Assembly (NCBI GenBank): GCA_039545335.1
Contig: BCIN01000003.1
Location: 1,561,941-1,625,940 of the forward strand
Reading direction: 5' to 3'
DNA length: 64,000 nucleotides
DNA from: Kondoa subrosea
Lineage: Eukaryota
Part shown: piece after piece, positions 1-13,673 of the stretch
Layout of the letters: the number at the start of each line of letters is the position of its first letter
Position numbering within the stretch: the stretch's first letter is position 1
Notes under the pieces: model-generated
The model's database searches: none
The model's input: only the letters and a program-made list of their open reading frames with translations
Told to the model about the DNA's origin: nothing
Made by a program: the position numbers and the translations under genes

Positions 1-207
1 AAGACATATTGTGTCGCCTTTCCTCTCAATGGTGAGACGACGAAAGAAGTGAGAAATGAAGAACAACAAGCTCGATAGACGCGAATGCGCGAACCTTTCT
101 GATCAGGACCTACATTTCCTGTCGGACTGCTACATTATCAAAGCTACAGCGAATCCTCTGACTCCTCTCTTTTCTGACTGACCAACAAATCCGATCAATC
201 AGTCGAG

Positions 208-1940
208 ATGCGTTATTCTTTGCGTTGGCGTAAGCACATCAACTCGTCAGGTATGACTCTTTACTCCTGCATTCCTGTTCGCTCGCTCATTCCGAGCTCG
301 CCTCTTCTATAGGAACAATCAATAACTCACAGATGATGGTAGATACGCTTGAAGCAATCCAAAACACAGCTTTCGATCCATTTAGGAGAAGAAGCACAAC
401 GGGAGATCGCGACTTGGCCGCGCTTCAAGCTGAAAGTCAAGCTATCGACAGAGAATACAGACAGCAAGTCATGGAATCCTATCGATCTTTCGTCCGATAT
501 CAACCACCTTTCTCTTCTTCCGGACAATCAATAGCTGCATCTTCTGAGGCGTATCAACTCACTACTTCAGAATCTACAGAGGAAGAGGGAGATGTACAGC
601 TTGCGCACTCTCCAAGCATATTGTCGAATCGAAGCTACGTCGACTACCGTGTTTTCTCATCTACTCTTGAGGCTTCTTCTTCCACTGGCGAATGCGAAAT
701 TGAAGTTGTCCAACTGCCGCTTGGTCTTGGTATAAAAAATGAAGCAGCATCATGTGGTGATGTTGGTCGACTGGCTCCGGTGGAAGAAGATGAGGATGAA
801 GATGTATACTATGAAGCGGAATTAGGTATCGAAGTATCGAAGGCGAATCCATAAATGAAGACGGATTGGAAGCAGACAAACTCGAAAATCGCTTTGGAGT
901 AGCTGTCAAGATGTTCCTCCTTCTTGAAGCGCATGCTCATTCGTCGAGTACGTGCCAATTCTCTGCAGTTGCTCGTGTGTACTGACACCGTTTCTTTGCA
1001 GTACTTTCCAGCTCATCAAGCCGACCCCTCGCGGATTCTATTGCCTCTGAGCGTACTCTCCACCGCTTACACAAAGCTCTACGCCGCCAACGCTTTCGCA
1101 GAAGCATGTCTACGCGAATGCGATTTAGGCACAAGCCCGCTTGGAATCAAAAACAGAAACTGCTATCTGCACCGTCCAGTTCTGCCATGTCGCAAGAGAT
1201 AGAGAGGACAACGCAGCATCTGGATCCCATACTACTGGAAAATGCTCTGTGTCTTTGTAAGCACAGCTCGTCACAAAGCTGCCCTCCTCAGTATCAGCAA
1301 ACGAGAGCACCAGAAGATCTTTCGATTCACAATCCGAACGAGTCAAGAATTCGAGAGGTTGCATCAGCGCAAGAGATGGTAGACTTCAGCGACAGATCAA
1401 GCGAAGAATACTTTGATGCCGAAACGAGTTTGGAATCTTCACAACTTCAGGATCCGGGTACTTCGAATCCATTGCGAGACGAAGCTGGCGATCGTCCTCG
1501 AGAACAACAATACAGTAGCCTGTTTGGTGAAGATTTTCTATGCGCATGCTTTGGCAGAGCTGTATGGCTTGGCCTTTTGATATTGGTGATAGAGCTTGTC
1601 TGGCAAAGCATACGAGAATCTTTCGAACGTATAAGGCACCTTCATCAGGCACTCTGGGATAGTAAGTGGCTCTTTGTAATCCACGCATGGTGCGAATAAT
1701 CTAATCATTGCAACAGTGTTCTGTATGGATCTGGAAAACCTTAGATCAGATCTGGTCGCTGCTCATGTCCTGGAAGGTCGAATATTTGAAATTCCCCCGC
1801 CATCTTACTCTGTCGATGATCCGGCAATGCAGCATATCGCAACGCCTATCGATGATCTACCGGAATATAGAGCATATCCGTATGATATGACTGAAATGCG
1901 TAGGTTATGGTCTGTGGAGAGACAGGCTCTACGTGCTTGA
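208..1940 (+). CDS. Orphan acidic/low-complexity protein with one predicted TM segment and C-terminal PY motifs (PPSY, LPEY); possibly frameshifted
   Basis: ATG 208; intron 251-312 joins ORF 333-854; intron at ~948-1001 joins the frame of ORF 1106-1699; intron at ~1662-1716 joins ORF 1716-1940. Continuity at 826-860 needs either a 35-nt intron or removal of an 8-bp duplication. Confidence 0.5.
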
Positions 1941-2406
1941 AGGAGATGTTGGTGGCAAAGCCTGGTGCTTGTGCTTCCTGTGACACTCTGAGCCTGTATG
2001 TAATCCAATGAATTTGCAACATGTATAATCTGCCACAATTGTTCTATTCTCTTGGGACCAATGCGAAAGATCTACATCTAGTATCTACTTTGACTTTTGC
2101 ATTCCGCTGAATACCCGCCGAATTGGACATTCATAGTTTCTTCTTCCTACGAATACAGAGCGGCCTTGTAGCGGATGATGCGTCCCCAAGCTTGGCTTGA
2201 CACCATTGTGCGACTTGTGTCAGATCTTGATCGGCTTCGGCAGCAATCGAGCTGCCACACTCTTCACCTCCTGGATTGCGATGCCAATGGGCGAACTTAT
2301 TGAGCAATTGACCTTGACTGACAGGATTGTTTGAATGCTCTTCTTTACATTAAGCGTTGATATGGAGGGACAGCATTAAGAATTGCCGGAAAGGCAAGTG
2401 AGTGCA

Positions 2407-3353
2407 TTATCGACCAAATCGCATTTCGCAACCAGAGTAAAGATCCATTGCTCGCTTAAATGTGCCGTAAGTCAGACGCGCTGGGCCCAACAGTCCAAGT
2501 GAGGGTTCATGACTATTCCTCTTCATCAGTAAACTACCAACACTGTTGAAAGAAAGATATACTATATTTCGGTCAAGCGAATATGCCAAGGTGGATAACC
2601 ATGAAGTTTCAATTGTCTCCCGCCAAGGACAATCATAAGCTGAGGTGATCTCGTAGTATCTGTGAAGCATTCTGTCAGAATGAGACGCGTATATCAGTTG
2701 AAGTAACGTACAGTCCAGTTTTTCGTTCAAAAGCGGAACATCCACATCCTCTAACCTAATCATCTGCTTCGCTACCGCTTCCGCTAAGACACTCGTCGTT
2801 CCCGCTAGTAACTCTTGACCGTCTTTAGGCGATAAGAGGTATAGATCTATCTCATGCTCGGGCAATGCAATAGTGAAAGAAGGTCGTTTTGATAAATCTG
2901 GGATATTGATAGATGAATGTTCGTTCGCCAGGAGTAGAGCTTTGAATGAATGTGCATATTTTTGCATCAGTCCTGCCCGCAAAACAGATTCAGACACGTT
3001 ACGAAAGGATTGTCCGAAAATCTAGCACCTTCTGGATCAAAGAATGTCAGACGCTTCACACCACATATCGCTGACCATTGTAAACATCGAGCAGCATCTT
3101 CCGCTAATTGTACTAGCCTGTGTTCCATTGAAGTAGCCGAGCTATTCGACGGAACGAAAGTTATTGCCAAATGTTCAGGTAGCTTCTTCCATCGTTTAAG
3201 ATCCTCTTCTATCCTTGCAGGAGATGAAGATACTTGTTTTGATCGATAAGAGAGATGTGAGAAACCTCTAACGCAGCCATACAGAAGTAAGAGAACGAGT
3301 AAAAGTAGAGCATAAATCCCTTGAAACAGGACACGAAGAGCTCGGGTTATCAT
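2407..3353 (-). CDS. NUS1: Dehydrodolichyl diphosphate synthase complex subunit Nus1/NgBR
   Basis: N-terminal TM, KLPEHLA motif, LLSPKDGQ, and the C-terminal RxG tail (YSGCEMRFGR*) typical of Nus1. Confidence 0.9.
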
Positions 3354-3475
3354 TTCCTAAGGTATAGTTCTAGCCCACACGATGGTATATATATGCGCAG
3401 ACCAGCTGAAGAAGGCAGACAATTCGACGTTTGCAGAGAACTTACTCTCTTTCGCAAACAAGCAACTCTCGAATT

Positions 3476-3871
3476 ATGGCGGATGTATCGGAGAAGCTAG
3501 CAGAAATCAATGGTGTGCTACATTGACTGTATTTTGTATGGTGCGGACTGAGGCGAGGGTGCAACAGATCTGAACAGAAAGCGAGCTTTGGTGATTAGAG
3601 AGAGTTGGGTAGCTGTAATGGAAGCAAGGATCACAAGGGAGGCACTACAGAAATGCTGGCGTGAAGAAGGGTCAGCGAGGCTACCCTGTGGATGATTTGC
3701 AACGCTCATGTTTGATGCAGAGTCAACCACTACCAGAACTGCGGTGAATTGGCAGAGAAGTATCAGAAGATGGTCAGGGATAACAGGGTGAGCTCTTATC
3801 ATGCTTCTTCTGTGCTGCTCTGACTGGTGCTTATACAGATCGAGGGATACCGGAAGCTCGATTTCTCGTAA
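3476..3871 (+). CDS. NADH-ubiquinone oxidoreductase 12 kDa subunit (NDUFB10/PDSW family)
   Basis: Manual 4-exon splice: MADVSEKLAEIND-LNRKRALVIRESWVAVMEARITREALQKCWREEG-VNHYQNCGELAEKYQKMVRDNR-IEGYRKLDFS*. The RESWV and C..EGVNHY.NC motifs are characteristic. Not in the ORF track. Confidence 0.9.
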
Positions 3872-4524
3872 TCGTCGAGCGCTTGCATTGCATCTGTATT
3901 ATTCTGTTTTCTGCCCTGCCCTTTTGCCCTCTTCTTTCGTGTCCTTTCGTGTTCTTTGCTTCTTGATCAAACGTATGTGTGATTTGAAGTTATGACTACG
4001 CTAACTTTCTGTACTTCTCCCGGAACATGGCTTCACTGATAATCTGCTTCGAGGTCGCTTTACGGAATTCGATCCAGGTTGACGCTGCTGAGAAAGATTG
4101 CGCTAGTGGGATGGAGCAGATCGGGATATACTAATAACGAGCTGACTGAGCAGTCAGGGAGCTGGGAGTCTGATATAGCGCTTAACTCTCGCCGTAAAGG
4201 GGTTCCCTCGGAGCTGCACACAGCCCTCGTCTCACACAGTATCGACTCGAATTCCGGATTCATTGTATCTGCAGATCGATTGAGTCGATATAATTCGCCT
4301 TGCATTCTCCATACACAGCCAAGCGATGTGCTGTGTTTAGTCACGACCTTCTCAGATACAGTACGAGCGATGCAGATGCTATGCAAGCTTGCAAAACGTA
4401 CAGGTCTTGTACGCATGTCCTCGCATTTTACGTCTTTCAGTTCCTTTGTGTTTTGGAAAGCAAGTGTTCTCCATCTCCCCCTTCTTAAAGCTTTTCGCTC
4501 TTCTTCTCTTGCTCTATCATCGCG

Positions 4525-7500
4525 ATGTCTGTGTGTACAAGTGATTGGTCATGGAATGCTTCGGCCTTGCCAGGCTCAGAGTGCCGAGAGCTGGATTTCT
4601 CGCTACTGTTCAGCTCAGCGATTCTGTCCATACTACCGTCTGGATGCTTCCTTCTCATCTCAATCTATCGTCTTCGCCATTTACAAAGCAAGCCAATTAA
4701 GGTGGATGATTCCAAGAAATCGCAATTGCTTTGGAAGGCCAAGATTGGTAGTGCAAGCTTAATTGTGATTGGTAGCTTGGTCAGTCTCATTGGATGGCCA
4801 ATCGCGGGTATAGAACATGCAACCGGAATGGCCGCCGTCTGTCTAGGCTTCCTATCATCTGTAGGCTCCTTTTAACGTTCCATACGAGCGATTTATCTGA
4901 CGATAATGCGCAGCTCTTGACCTTAGCAATCAGTCACTATGAACATTTCCGATGTCGACGCTCCTCTCAATTACTGTCAATATTCATCATCATGAGTTCC
5001 CTCTTCGATTCGGTCCGGCTTAGAACTTTTATCAGCGTTGATTATCTCAACGACAAACCAATCTTCGTCTCTGGCTTCATCATCTCCTTAGCTGCTCGAC
5101 TACCACTGCTCATACTAGAAAACATTTCGAAGCGATCTTTCCTCCTTGAAGATGGGTTGACAGCCGAAAGTACAGCAACGCCTATCAGCCGATGGTTCAT
5201 GATTTGGCTACTCAGACTAATGAAGAAGGGATACAAGGACTCTACTCTGCGATTGAAGGATCTGGGTGAAGTTCCGCAAGATTCAGGTAAGAGCTCATCG
5301 ACATTGTAGCGAGATTGTCACTGATCGGATTGTACAGCTGCCATATACGCTCGGTTTGAAAAGGTGTGGGAAGTACAGCAGCATAAGAGTCAACCTATTG
5401 CGCGAACACTTGTTTTGGCTTTCAGTAATGAACTTTCGGCGCCCCTTCTGCCTTTGCTCTTGTGGTGCTTGCTGCTCATGAGTGTTCCTCTCGAACTCAA
5501 TGGTCTGCTGGCGTTCCTTAAGTGAGTTCTCGCCTTGCTCTGGATCATAACTGCTGACAATCATATCCAGTTCTTGGCAAACGGACACACCTCAGCCTGC
5601 TTCTTACGGATGGGCCCTTGTGGTGGCATTTGGCTTCACTTTTCTGCTCACTCCGATCACTCTAGCGATGGCAACCTTGGGAGCTTACAAGAATCTAGCT
5701 CTCATCCGACAAGCTTTGATTGAAGCGATATATCGGAAGGCAGTGAGTCCCCTAATTTTGCGAAGGCGTGGTACTGACAGGATTTAGCTACGTATGCACC
5801 TGTCTGTGGCTCATGATATCGGAATGGGGTCGTTTTCGTCATATGTTTCGACTGATATTGAGCGCATCGTGTGAGTTTGTGGAACTTGCAAAGTGACTTT
5901 CTCACCTGATATAATTAGGCTCACCGCTTTCGTGCCCTTCCAAGCCATCGCTTTGGTTGTTTTGGTTTGCCTTGGTCTTCCGTAAGCAGTCTCTGCTTGC
6001 TTACCTATCCACAACAACTCACGGCAACAGTATCATTGCGCACCAATTTGGTATAGCTTGGTGGGCCTGTTTGGTGTCTTTCATTATCGCTTTGGTTATT
6101 ATTCCACTCACTGCAAAAGCATTTATTCTCAGTCAAGACAAGTTGTCTGAGAAAACAGATGCTCGTAAGCAATGTTATTGGGTAAAGAAGTTGAGATGCT
6201 AAAGGTCTCACCAGGTGTCAAATACTTGGCTTCTGTTCTTCGATGCATCAACGCAGTAAAAGCATCAGCCTATGAAGCTGTGATAAAGAAAGTCTACTTG
6301 CAGCGAAGAGTGGGGGAAATCGACGCTATGGCCTCTTATCGTAGAAAATGGGGGTGAGTCAATATCTGCGTTACTGCAGTGTACTGACCATGAGTCCAGA
6401 TTGACTGGTGTATTTCATAATGCGTAAGCCTGAGACCGATCGCTCTTGTCGACTTATCTTAGTATCAACCTATCATTGGCAGCGTGTTTGGTCAGGATCG
6501 TCCTTCTTTCTTAGTTCTGAGCTGATGTTCCGGGCAGCTTCGGTCAGGATATTCACTCTAGGAGCCTTTGCTCTGGTTGCTGCTGGCTCCGAAACTATCG
6601 TCTTTGCGAATCGCCCAGTATTCGTTGTGCTATCTGTTCTGGAAGTGATCACGGTAGTCTACTATGAGGTGTAAGGTGTCAATGCGCGCTTACCTGTCGC
6701 TAATATTGTTCGAACCAGAATCTGGGAATATGGTCGTATCTTATCGTAGGAACAGTAGCTAATCTGTACGAAGCAATCTGACCGTTCAGTATAGCTCATG
6801 GTCGTCCTTCAAGAGAATCGAAAGCTTCTTGCTCAAAGATGACAAAGTTCCGGCCTCGATCAGTATCTATGGATCTGAAGTAACTCTCACCGACGAAGCA
6901 AACGAAAAGTCAGAAAAGGGACTTGTTCAAACTCCACCAGAAATCAGCTTTGAAAAAGCGTCTATCGGTATCGGCAAAGATGCTTTCCTGAGCGACTTGA
7001 CATTTCGAATCGCCGCAGGAAAACTCTCTATACTCTCTGGCTCCGTAGCTTGCGTGCGTCTCCTGTTATTTGAGAGCATGAGACAATGTCTAATACCTGT
7101 ATAGGGCAAGAGTTCGTGTTTACTAGGCATTTTGCGTGAGTACGATACATTGTCTGGCGCTGTCTCGCTGTCGCCATCTGCTTGTCGCGTTGCATACACT
7201 TCTCAAGATTCCTACCTCCAAACTGGCTGCTCTATTCGCGATAACATACTGTTTGGGTTGGTTTTCGACTCGCCTCGATACAACGAGACCATTCGAGCTT
7301 GTGCTCTGGACCGAGATCTATCAGAGATGAAGGATGGCGATCGAAGATTGGCATCCGGTCTATCAGGTGGTCAACGGAGTCGCATCGCTTTAGCTCGCTC
7401 CGTCTACGCCCAGGCGGATCTCATTCTTCTGGATGTGAGTACAGAAATGAAACTAGAGATGTGATTTTGACTGCAAGATTTAGGATCCCTTCTGCGCCTT

Positions 7501-10412
7501 AGACAACAAGGTGGAAGATTTCGTATGGACATCGCTGTTTGGCACAAACGGCCTGCTCCTGGGCAAAACAGTGGTGCTGGCTACAAATAGTGTCAAGCGT
7601 TTCAAAGATGCTCATCACCTCATTTATCTCGAAGACAAGACTCTAGGTCGAGCAGGCACCTATCACGAGCTGCTGGAAGACGACCAATGCAGTTTCAAAG
7701 CTTTCCTAGCGTTGTCAACGAATCTCGACGGAAGATCGCCAATTACAGACTTGACACGACTAAAGAGTCCAAAAGAGCAAGCTTTTGATCTAAGTACAAG
7801 CTCTGCCGACACGAAAGCCTCAGAGGAGGAAGAGATTGACGAAGAAGCTCGGACGACCTTGCACGGAGTCATGAAAGGCGTCCATACATATCTCTCGAAT
7901 GCTGGATGGTTGAACACTGTTCTATTATGTCTGCTATGTTTGGCTGGTAAGGATTTGCATATATGACGCGCTGCCTAAACCTCACAACCAAATAGCTTGG
8001 CCTCTATTCGCTGTAGGTATCGGCCAAGCACATCGAGGCACCTTCTTGACGTTGCGTTTCAGTTTGGTTTCGTCCTCTATGCCAAATATTGGACTGCCAA
8101 TGCCTCAAATGATAAAGATCAACGTGAGTGGATCTTCTCCCTTCGAATACGGGCCTTGTTGAAGAGACCGCGCAGAGGCCTGGAAATGGATAGGCGGATA
8201 TATCGGCGTCACAGTCTTTTATCTATTAGGTAAAGCATTCGCTCCCCCAGGTCTCACTCGCTGATTCCTCGACTTAAATCAAAGCGGCAGGCTGGTGGTG
8301 GCAATATCAATTGGTTGTTTTGCCCGTCAAGTCTTCTGGAAAGATACACCGTGCTCAAATCACCAGTCGTGAGAAGATCCACCTTATCTTTTGCGATAGT
8401 TAGCTGACCGATACCCACAGTGCTCAACGCACCGGCTACTTTCTTTGCGAGCAACTCAAGCGGATTCCTTCTCAATAAATTCAGTTTAGATACTTACAAA
8501 TATGAGACGGAGCTCGCATACGCTATAGCTTGGACAAGTGCGTATTTCCTTGCCACTTGTCTTTTTAAGCTAAGTGATACTGCAATTGACAGTTCAGTGC
8601 GGAGCGCTAGCAATATCGCAAATCGTGTACGTAAAGACTTGCTTGGATACACGGCGTCTCACAATTGCTATAGTTTCGTCTGCATCGCAACTCCTTATGC
8701 TGTTTTAGTAGCGGTGAGGCGCGCTTTTAGTACAGCCTGTATATCACTGATCTCCGTAAAGGTTGCGGCGCTCATTATATGTGATCTTATCAGACGATTC
8801 TACATTAGAACGTCAAGCCAACTCCGAAAGATCCTCTCTGCTGCGCAAACACCTTTAATCACTGCCTGCGATGAACTCTTGGAAGGCCTCAATACGATTC
8901 GTGCTTTCTCTCAGCAGCAACACCTATCAATCCAGGCCACCAAGCGCATCACAAACAGCACAACACCCTTCTTGATTTTGGAAACCGCGCGAATTTGGTA
9001 TAGTCTCATACTCGGTCTGTGCTGTCTTTGTATCTCCGTGGTCCTGGTCGCAGTCTCAGGCACTGCGAGAGGAGGGACAAATCAGTCTACCATTGCTTTG
9101 GGTGAGTTCGGCACTCAGATTTCGTCGAGATCTCATAAGCTGTTAGCAATCATACAATTGGTAATGCTGCCGTGTCAGTCGTCAACTCAACAGACGAGGT
9201 GTAAGAATGCTACTGATGATCTTTGTAAGCGATGCTGCAGATGCTCATGGAATCCGTCACACGTGAGTCGGTCATTCGGTCTACAGTCATACCGCTGAAT
9301 GAGCTTTCAAAGTGCTCGAAATCTCTTCAATAGGTCAGCAGCAGATTATTTGAATTGGTATCGGCTTACGTGGACATAGCTGCACACCGTATCAATAAAG
9401 TCATCGAAGAACCGCCGGAGGAACAGGGAACGGATTTCACCTGCAGCAAAGATTACCGAAAGATCGATTGGGTAGAAGATGCTAGCATCGTCTTTGATCA
9501 AGTCTCTATGAAGTACAATCCAGATGGTCCGCTTGCCCTCGATAGTCTGTCTCTATCAATATCGGCTGGCCAGCGAGTAGGCATATGCGGCAGAACAGGT
9601 GAGGTTCTTATTGCTTGCCTTGCTTCAGGAGCTGGGCTAATATCAATTCATCACAGGCAGCGGCAAGAGCTCTTTATTGAACGCTCTGTTTCGTCTCTAC
9701 GAGATCGAAAGCAGCGGAAGTATTTGCATCAGCGGATCGGACACTAGAAGCGTACCTCGTCAGGTTCTTCGCAATGGTCTCACACTCATATCCCAAGACC
9801 CAATTTTGCTTTGCACTTCATTGCGAGAAAATCTTGACCCTGAGGGTGAGGCGAATGATGTCGAGCTCTGGGCAGCGTTAGAAGCTGCAAAATGCAAATC
9901 CTTCGTCGAGGAGCTGGATGGCCGGTTAGATCACGAAATAACAGCTGAAGGTGCTGCTGTGTCAAGAGGTACCCGGCAATTACTTGCTCTAGCAAGAGCG
10001 CTGCGTGAGACAGATTTGAGTAACTATAATGGGCATACTAATCTGTTATTGCAGTACGCAAGCGACCAATCCTGTGCCTTGATGAAGCATCAGCAAGTCT
10101 AGATAAAGCGACCGATCAGTATGTCTTTTCTGGACTTGCAAAGCTTTTCTAATCACACTTGTAGAGCTATTCAAGAAGTCTTGCGGACTAAATTCAAGGA
10201 TGTCACCTTGATTGTAGTAGCTCATAGAATCAGGTAAACTATTCTCAAAAGTTGTTGCTTTGTGTCAAAACTCATTGATGTACAGTACGATAATCGATAT
10301 GGACAAGATCGTTTGCCTAGAATCAGGTAGAATTGCCGAAGAAGGAGCACCGCAAGACCTCCTTCGCAAGCCGAACGGTGTCTTCGCCGGTTTAGCGAGA
10401 TTGGAACACTGA
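4525..10412 (+). CDS. ABCC/MRP-type ABC transporter (TMD0-TMD1-NBD1-TMD2-NBD2), more than 20 introns
   Basis: N-terminal DFSLLF; NBD1 GSVACGKS, LSGGQ, ILLDD; NBD2 GRTGSGKS, ISQDP, LCLDEASASLD, VAHRI; stop TGA 10410-10412. Confidence 0.92.
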
Positions 10413-10688
10413 TATACTTGAAAAGGGCGCTGCAAGACCAGAAGCACCACGAAGGCAGATTAAACTAGATTTGTATAGCCTATGTTTGAGAATGGTCATT
10501 GCAATCCTTTGACCAATACAGTTGGGCGAGCACACTTATGCGGTCTATATAAACGTATGAGTGATTCTTGTTGCGGTAATCGCTGAGAGCTCACCGCTAG
10601 AAGCTACAATATGTTACAACTTTTGCTCATCGCTCTTACATCGTCCATTGACGGTCAATAGCTGCTACGCGTGCAATCATCAAGCGCA

Positions 10689-12443
10689 TCACCACCTGAA
10701 CTCCAATTTCCCACTCTTCATCATTGGTCTGACTCCTTTATACAGTTGTTCGGCAGCGCCTTGACTGACGATCTTTAGGCTTGAAATCTGGATCCCGCTA
10801 ACGTTTGTCAGAGCGCTTTCGAATTCCGTTTGAATAGCCAGCGCAGGACTAGGGCAAGGTGAGATTCTGTATGTTTCCAATGTTTCCTAAATCAGACTAC
10901 TGAATTCAAGTGGAAGAAGGGGAACAAACGAAGATGCCCAAGTTCCTTCCAATACGCAAGGCTTATCTCCACTTGATAATCTAGGTACCAACCATCCTAA
11001 CCATCCAGTCAAAGGATCGAATTCCCATCTTCCGCCAGGTAAATCATCTTCTTTCGATCCAGCAGTCTTTGTCCGACTTAAAGAATGTCCGCCTGAGATA
11101 GTAGCTTGAACAGAAGTCGCTGATCCAGTTGTACTTAATCGCAATAACAACTTTACGTTTTCCAATGGTCTGGAAGAAGGGTTTCTTGAGGACAAGGCGA
11201 TCTGAAAAGCACCACCGTTACTTCCAGTCGTGATGATTGGTTTAATTTGCAAAGGTATGAAATTAGGAGTCGAAGGTGTAGCTAGTCGGTATTGCATCAA
11301 AGTGAATTTCCCATCTGGTGGAACAAAAGATAAAGATTTGTTGCTATTCCATCTCGCTAACCGAACGCAAGGATGGAAACATGTGTCTTGCAGAAGATCG
11401 GGAGAAGAGAGGGACATGAGGAGATCGGGCATACCGGAAAGTCGACACTTGGATTCAATGGATCCCCATATTTGAGCGGAAACCACTTTGCCATACCTAA
11501 TCGGGTTGTCAGAACAAAGCTTAATCCAGCAAAGTGATGCACTCACTTGTCTACTATCCCTGATATCTCTTCGACTACATCAAAGAAAACCTCTTGACTT
11601 TGATATTTGATCCCAGATCTTCTCCAGGGTATTGGACTCGACAAGGTTTGACTTCTATTCTCAATAGCCATCAAGGGACCAGTCTTGGATACACCAGGTG
11701 ACAAAGCAGAAGTTGCAGCTGATAGTACTTTCTTATAGAGAGACGGTTCAGGTATAAGTTCTTTCATAGCTGAAGCGTCCGTCAAGCCTGGATGTGGCAC
11801 AGATAGGGCTTCTTCAAATATCTGAGAGAGACGTAAGCATAAATAGGGTGGGAAGAGGAGAAGACTGACCTGTAACACTACATCAAATGAATCCTTTATG
11901 ACTGCTTCCGATATTGTACCAAAGTATTCTTCCAGAACACTTATCAAAGCTTCAAGAAAAGCGAAGGGTAGCACAGGTTCGACTGTCCGCGGATCACGTC
12001 TCTCTATAAGCTCGAAGCTTGAAAGAGAAGCTCCAGAACGGACCATCAGAAATCACAGGTATAGCAAATCTCAATCCATTCTTGGAGACGACACAGCAAC
12101 AAGCCCCAGCTTCCTTTTTCTGCAGCGTTGTAAGAGCTTTCTGGCCATTAGAGTTCTTCGAAACTTGATCAGTCCAAGCATTCTGCTCTTCTAACTGCTG
12201 TTGCTCTTGCTCCTCTTCACTCTCGCTCTCCTCTCCATCATCATCATATGAATCCCTCTTATTATAAATCACAGCAGACTTGGACACAGGCGTATAACCA
12301 GGTAACCAGATCAAAGCATTTCGAGCTGGAGAAGTCAATAATGCGTCAAGACATAATCCAGGTAAAGCAGCGTGCGAGGTGGGTATCCGTGAAGTCAAGA
12401 TCAACTGTTTGCTTGCAGTTGAGTAGACTAGGATAGCTTGCAT
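10689..12443 (-). CDS. APM3: AP-3 adaptor complex mu subunit
   Basis: SPIPWRRSGIKY, EVFFDVVE, CRLSGMPDL, FHPCVRL, SFVPPDGKFTL and the C-terminal YKGVR...EFRW* are mu-adaptin motifs of the mu3 type. Confidence 0.88.
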
Positions 12444-12635
12444 TTGGACGCTATAAGAGAACAAGATTGAAGTATGATGTCGCGAAGGATCAGTGGAAAG
12501 CCGAGTTCAGCAAACGCAAACATAACATTGCATTCAGTACTCTTATTCTACGAATGTCTTGTCCACCGCAAGAAGACCTTTTCATTGCAATTCCTGTTAC
12601 TCTGAGAGTGCCCAATATACAGTCATAAACGAATT

Positions 12636-13551
12636 CTAGCCAGCCAGAATACGCTGCCCCTGTAAGTAAGCAGTGGCTGTAAGCCGGATGAGCTACTTGC
12701 AAGCATGCAACACTTACAATCCTATCCCTCACAGTACTATATCACAAGTACAAGTCAGCACGCGTTTTCAAGCTACTTGCGTGACACAGGACATACCTGA
12801 ATGCGTGTAGTAATGTTTGCTCATTGATTGTGATGTTGCTGAGATCCACAGCTCCCGAATCAGCCCTAGGTCTCGATACTCGAGCCGCAATAGCAGCAGG
12901 ATCCGTTTCCAGTATAATCCTGTCATGTGCACACCTTTCTAAGTACTACAGCGTACTAGATAGATCAGCAACTGACCCTTCATCAATAGTCTCGTCCAAG
13001 CAAAGCACGACCAAATCCAAGTTCTCCAAAATCGCTCTCTTTTCCACTTGATGCCTCAACAACAAAGAAACCGAATCGTAAAAAGCAGTGAGTACACCTT
13101 GGAGCATCAATTCATTTTGATTCTCGTCCCCTACGACATAGAAAGTTAGGTCGATAGAATTCTTGAATAAGATGAGCTGGTTGTTGTAAAGTAGGATCTC
13201 AGCTGTTAACCCCAATATCCTCGTCAGCTGTTAACCACAGCAGATGAGACATAGAGCTGACATTGAGATTTCTTTGTCTTATCCCAAACAGCTTGCTCAA
13301 AGCTTCGCTGTTCTTTCAAAGTCTTGAACATAGCTCCTTGCAACGGTACACCATTAATAAGTGTAGCTTTAGCATCTCCACTGCTCAAGGCTTGCTTGGA
13401 TGATGGCGAGTAGTATTTGGCCAATAATCGATTCCCTTCTGAATCCAAGAGGAAGACCGCGCTTGTCGTAAAGAGCGATAGCAGAGAGGACTGTGAGACA
13501 AATCCGTCACTTCTGATGCACAGGTGCTAAGGGCGAAGGCAGACGCACCAT
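12636..13551 (-). CDS. RET3: Coatomer (COPI) zeta subunit
   Basis: LDSEGNRLLAKYY, VEKRAILENLDLVVLCLDETIDEG, ILETDP. The first coding exon is the ATG alone (13549-13551), followed by an intron. Confidence 0.93.
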
Positions 13552-13673
13552 GATTTTAAGCGCGAAGTGATGGAACAAGGTCAAGCGCGTTTCGAACGGA
13601 GAGTGATAAGTTATACAATTCAGGTTCTATGTAATACAACAAAGCTCCATCATAAGTCTACAATACTCTAAAT

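Noticed and set aside
4079..4762. 227-aa ORF upstream of and overlapping the ABC transporter
   Set aside because: Non-ATG start, no recognisable motifs, and overlaps the real first exon out of frame.
9950..10000. Degenerate NBD2 signature (VSRGTRQ) with NBD1 Walker B Asp and missing switch His
   Set aside because: Asymmetric ATPase sites are normal for ABCC transporters.
10689..13551. Tandem AP-3 mu and COPI zeta as a vesicle-coat cluster
   Set aside because: They belong to different complexes; adjacency is plausible by chance without synteny data.
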